64,000 nucleotides of DNA from assembly GCA_030390025.1 (NCBI GenBank), contig CM059438.1:63490001-63554000 (forward strand), in the 5' to 3' direction. Each line of letters opens with the position of its first letter. Within the stretch, counting starts at the first letter, position 1. The DNA is from Squalus acanthias (lineage: Eukaryota). Below the pieces are notes generated by a model. The model was not told the origin of the DNA and searched no databases. It saw only the letters and a program-made list of their open reading frames with translations. Of the stretch, positions 61,256 to 64,000 are shown one piece after another. The translations under genes were made by a program, and so were the position numbers.

Positions 61256-63460
61256 GTTGTATTAGGGATAGCATAAGATCCAAGGAGAGGACATATAAAT
61301 TGGCCAGAAAAAGCAGCAAATCTGAGGATTGGGAACAGTTTAGGATTCAGCAAAGGAGGACAAAGGGATTAATTAAGAGGGGGAAAATAGAGTATGAGAG
61401 TAAGCTTTCAGGGAACATAAAAACTGACTGTAAAAGCTTCTATAGATATGTGAAGAGAAAAAGATTGGTGAAGTCAAGCGTAGGTCCCTTGCAGTCAGAA
61501 TCAGGGGAATTTATAATGGGGAACAAAGAAATGGCAGACCAATTAAATACATACTTTGGTTCTGCCTTTACAAAGGAGGACACAAATAACCTCCCAGAGA
61601 TGTCGGGGAACATAGGGTCTAATGAGGGGGAGGAAATGAATGAAATCAGTATTTGTAGGGAAATGGTGTGAGGGAAATTGACGGGATTGAAGGCCGATAA
61701 ATCCCCAGGGCCTGATAATCTACATCCTAGGGTACTTAAGGAAGTGGCCCTAGAAATAGTAGATGCATTGCTGGTCATCTTCCCAAAATTCTATAGACTC
61801 TGGAACAGTTCCCATGGATTGGAGGGTAGCTAATGCAACCCCACTATTTAAAAAAGGTGGTAAAGAGAATCTGACCTCGGGTAACTGTCTGTGTGGAGTT
61901 TGCACATTCTCCCCGTGTCTGCGTGGGTTTCCTCCGGGTGCTCCGGTTTCCTCCCACAGTCCAAAAATGTGCAGGTTAGGTTGATTTGGCTATGATAAAT
62001 TGACCCTTAGTGTTAGGGGGGGATTAAATATGTGGGGTTATGGGGATAGGATGGGATATGTTAGGGGGAATTAAATACGTGGGGTTACGGGGATAGGGTG
62101 GGATCGGTGCAGGCTCGATGTGGGGATTCTGTGTGAGAGGGCAGGGACAGGGTACTGGATTTGGATGATCAGCCATGATCGTATTGAATGGTGGAGCAGG
62201 CTCGACGGGCCGAATGGCCTACTCCTGCTCCTAGTTTCTATGTTTCTATGTTTTATGTAAGAGAAAACGGGGAATTATAGACCGGTAAGCCTGACATCGG
62301 TAGTGGGGGAAATGGTAGAGTCCATTATAAAAGATGTAATAGCAGAGCACTTGGTAAACAGTGACAGGATTGGACAAAGTCAACATGGATTTACAAAAGG
62401 TAAATCATGCTTGACTAATCTACTGGAATTTTTTGAGGATGTAACTGGTAGAATAGATAAGGGAGAACCAGTGGATGTGGTGTATTTGAACTTTCAGTAG
62501 GCTTTCGATAAAGTCCCACATAAGAGATTAGCGTGCAAAGTTAAAGCACATGGGATTGGGGGTAAGGTACTGACTTGGATAGAGAACTGGTTGGCAGACA
62601 AGAAGCAAAGAGTTGGAATAAACAGATCTTGTTCCAAGTGGCAGGCAGTGACTAGTGGGGTACTGCAGGGATCGGTGCTAGGACCCCAGTTATTCACAAT
62701 ATATATTAATGATCTAGACGAGGGAATTAGATGTAATATCTCCAAGTTTGCAGATGACACAGAGCTGGGTGGGCATGTGTGCTGTGAGGAGGATGCAGAG
62801 AAACTCCAGTATGATTTGGACAGGTTGGGTGATTGGGCAGATGCATGGCAGATGCAGTATAATGTGGATAAATGTGCGGTTATCCACTTTGGTGGCAAAA
62901 ACAGGAAGACAGATTATTATCTGAATGGCAATAGATTGGGATGTTCTTGCCATGGAGGGAGTGCAGCGAAGATTTACCAGACTGATACCTGGGATGGCAG
63001 GAATGACGTACGAAGAGAGATTGGGTCGATTAGGCTTATATTCGCTGGAGTTTAGAAGAATGAGAGGGGATCTCATTGAAACTTATAAAATTCTAACAGG
63101 ACTAGACAGACTAGATGCAGGAAGGATGTTCCCGATGGCGGGGGAGTCCAGAACTAGGGGTCACAGTCTCAGGATAAGAGGTAAGCCATTTAGGACTGAG
63201 ATGAGGAGGAATTTCTTCACCCAGAGAGTGGTGAACCTGTGGAATTCTCTACTACAGAAGGCAGTTGAGGCCAATTCATTAAATATATTCAAGAAAGAGT
63301 TAGATATATTTCTTAAGGCTAAAGGGATCAAGGGATATGGGGAGAAAGCAGGGACAGGGTACTGAATTTGGATTATCAGCCATGATCTCATTAAATGGCG
63401 GAACAGGCTCAAGGGGCCGAATGGCCTACTCCTGCTCCTATCTTCTATGTTTCTATGTTT
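61256..63460 (+). mobile_element. CR1 LINE, 5'-truncated, with an internal deletion at ~62940 and a SINE insertion
   Basis: ORF2 fragments 61300-63365; (TTTCTATG)n tail; short TCAC duplication at the flanks. Confidence 0.93.
61870..62258 (+). mobile_element. 5'-truncated HE1 V-SINE fused to a CR1 3' tail
   Basis: V-domain 61885-61975; CR1 tail 62134-62258; flanked by AAGAGAA/AAGAGAA. Confidence 0.8.
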
Positions 63461-63601
63461 CACCACATCCCCATCATTCCATCCCTGTCGCAGGCCACAT
63501 CACAGCGCAAAGCTGAAATGAGACACACCACAAAAGAATCCAAACTGAATTAATAAATTTATCAATAATCAGTGAACACGTATTTAGAACAAAAATATTA
63601 A

Positions 63602-64000
63602 CTATTCACCCTTGTGCAATCCATTAGTGCCTCACGTTACTGTGCCTTTGCCTACTCTGGTGCTCTTATGAAGTGTCGGCCCAGTGGCTGCAGCACGGCT
63701 GGTGGAAGGCTGCTGAGTGTCCCATGCAGGAGACTTCAGATGGCCTTGCAGGACACCCTCGACCAGCTCTGGGTCTGGAAGGCCCGGCTGTAGACTGCAC
63801 CATCTCAGCATGGGCGGCAGCAGTCTGGGCTGGCTGGATGACAGGCAGTGACAAGGGCAATGCGGTGTGTCAATGCGGAGTGCCAGTGGTGGCAGCAGGA
63901 ATGCTGTCATCCTGAGAGAGGACAGCAGGTTCCTGCTCCACTGACCCACTTCCACTCCCCTGGGGCAGCACCTCAGCATCCCGAGCAATCTGTTGCAGCA
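63602..64000 (-). pseudogene. 3' end (exon 3) of the Myb/SANT gene of Harbinger copy 2
   Basis: Matches 14680-15064 (LPLSLPVIQPAQTAAAHAE, GKGTVT). Confidence 0.85.

Larger units (their letters stand above)
59569..64000. mobile_element. Second two-gene Harbinger copy, inverted relative to 12841-16899, interrupted by CR1 and running off the window
   Basis: TIR GGGGAAAAAATTC at 59569; collinear with the reverse complement of 14680-16899. Confidence 0.92.

Noticed and set aside
1..64000. CRISPR array, rRNA or prokaryotic operon
   Set aside because: No repeat-spacer array or rRNA-like sequence; the content is vertebrate transposon DNA with spliceosomal introns

Overview
Eukaryotic DNA that is almost entirely transposon-derived. 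The repeat set (HER1/CR1 LINEs, HE1 V-SINE, Deu-domain SINEs) points to a shark or other elasmobranch; this is an inference. I cannot recognise any host protein-coding gene, and there is only one weak candidate exon. The window holds many CR1 copies, L2 and Crack/L2-like LINE fragments, Vingi LINEs, at least four SINE families, Penelope pLTR fragments carrying minimal hammerhead ribozyme cores, two candidate solo LTRs and a hAT MITE. It also holds an abundant PIF/Harbinger system: two degenerate two-gene elements (DDE transposase plus a spliced Myb/SANT gene), four more Myb-only derivatives and several MITE families, often deeply nested. The most striking observation is a ~240-bp CR1 fragment at 20114-20353 with ~35 T>C changes and almost no reverse changes. 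This is the pattern expected of an A-to-I hyper-edited antisense RNA that was reverse-transcribed into the genome and fused to a CR1 3' tail. All alignments were done by eye, so boundaries are approximate unless TIRs or TSDs are quoted.
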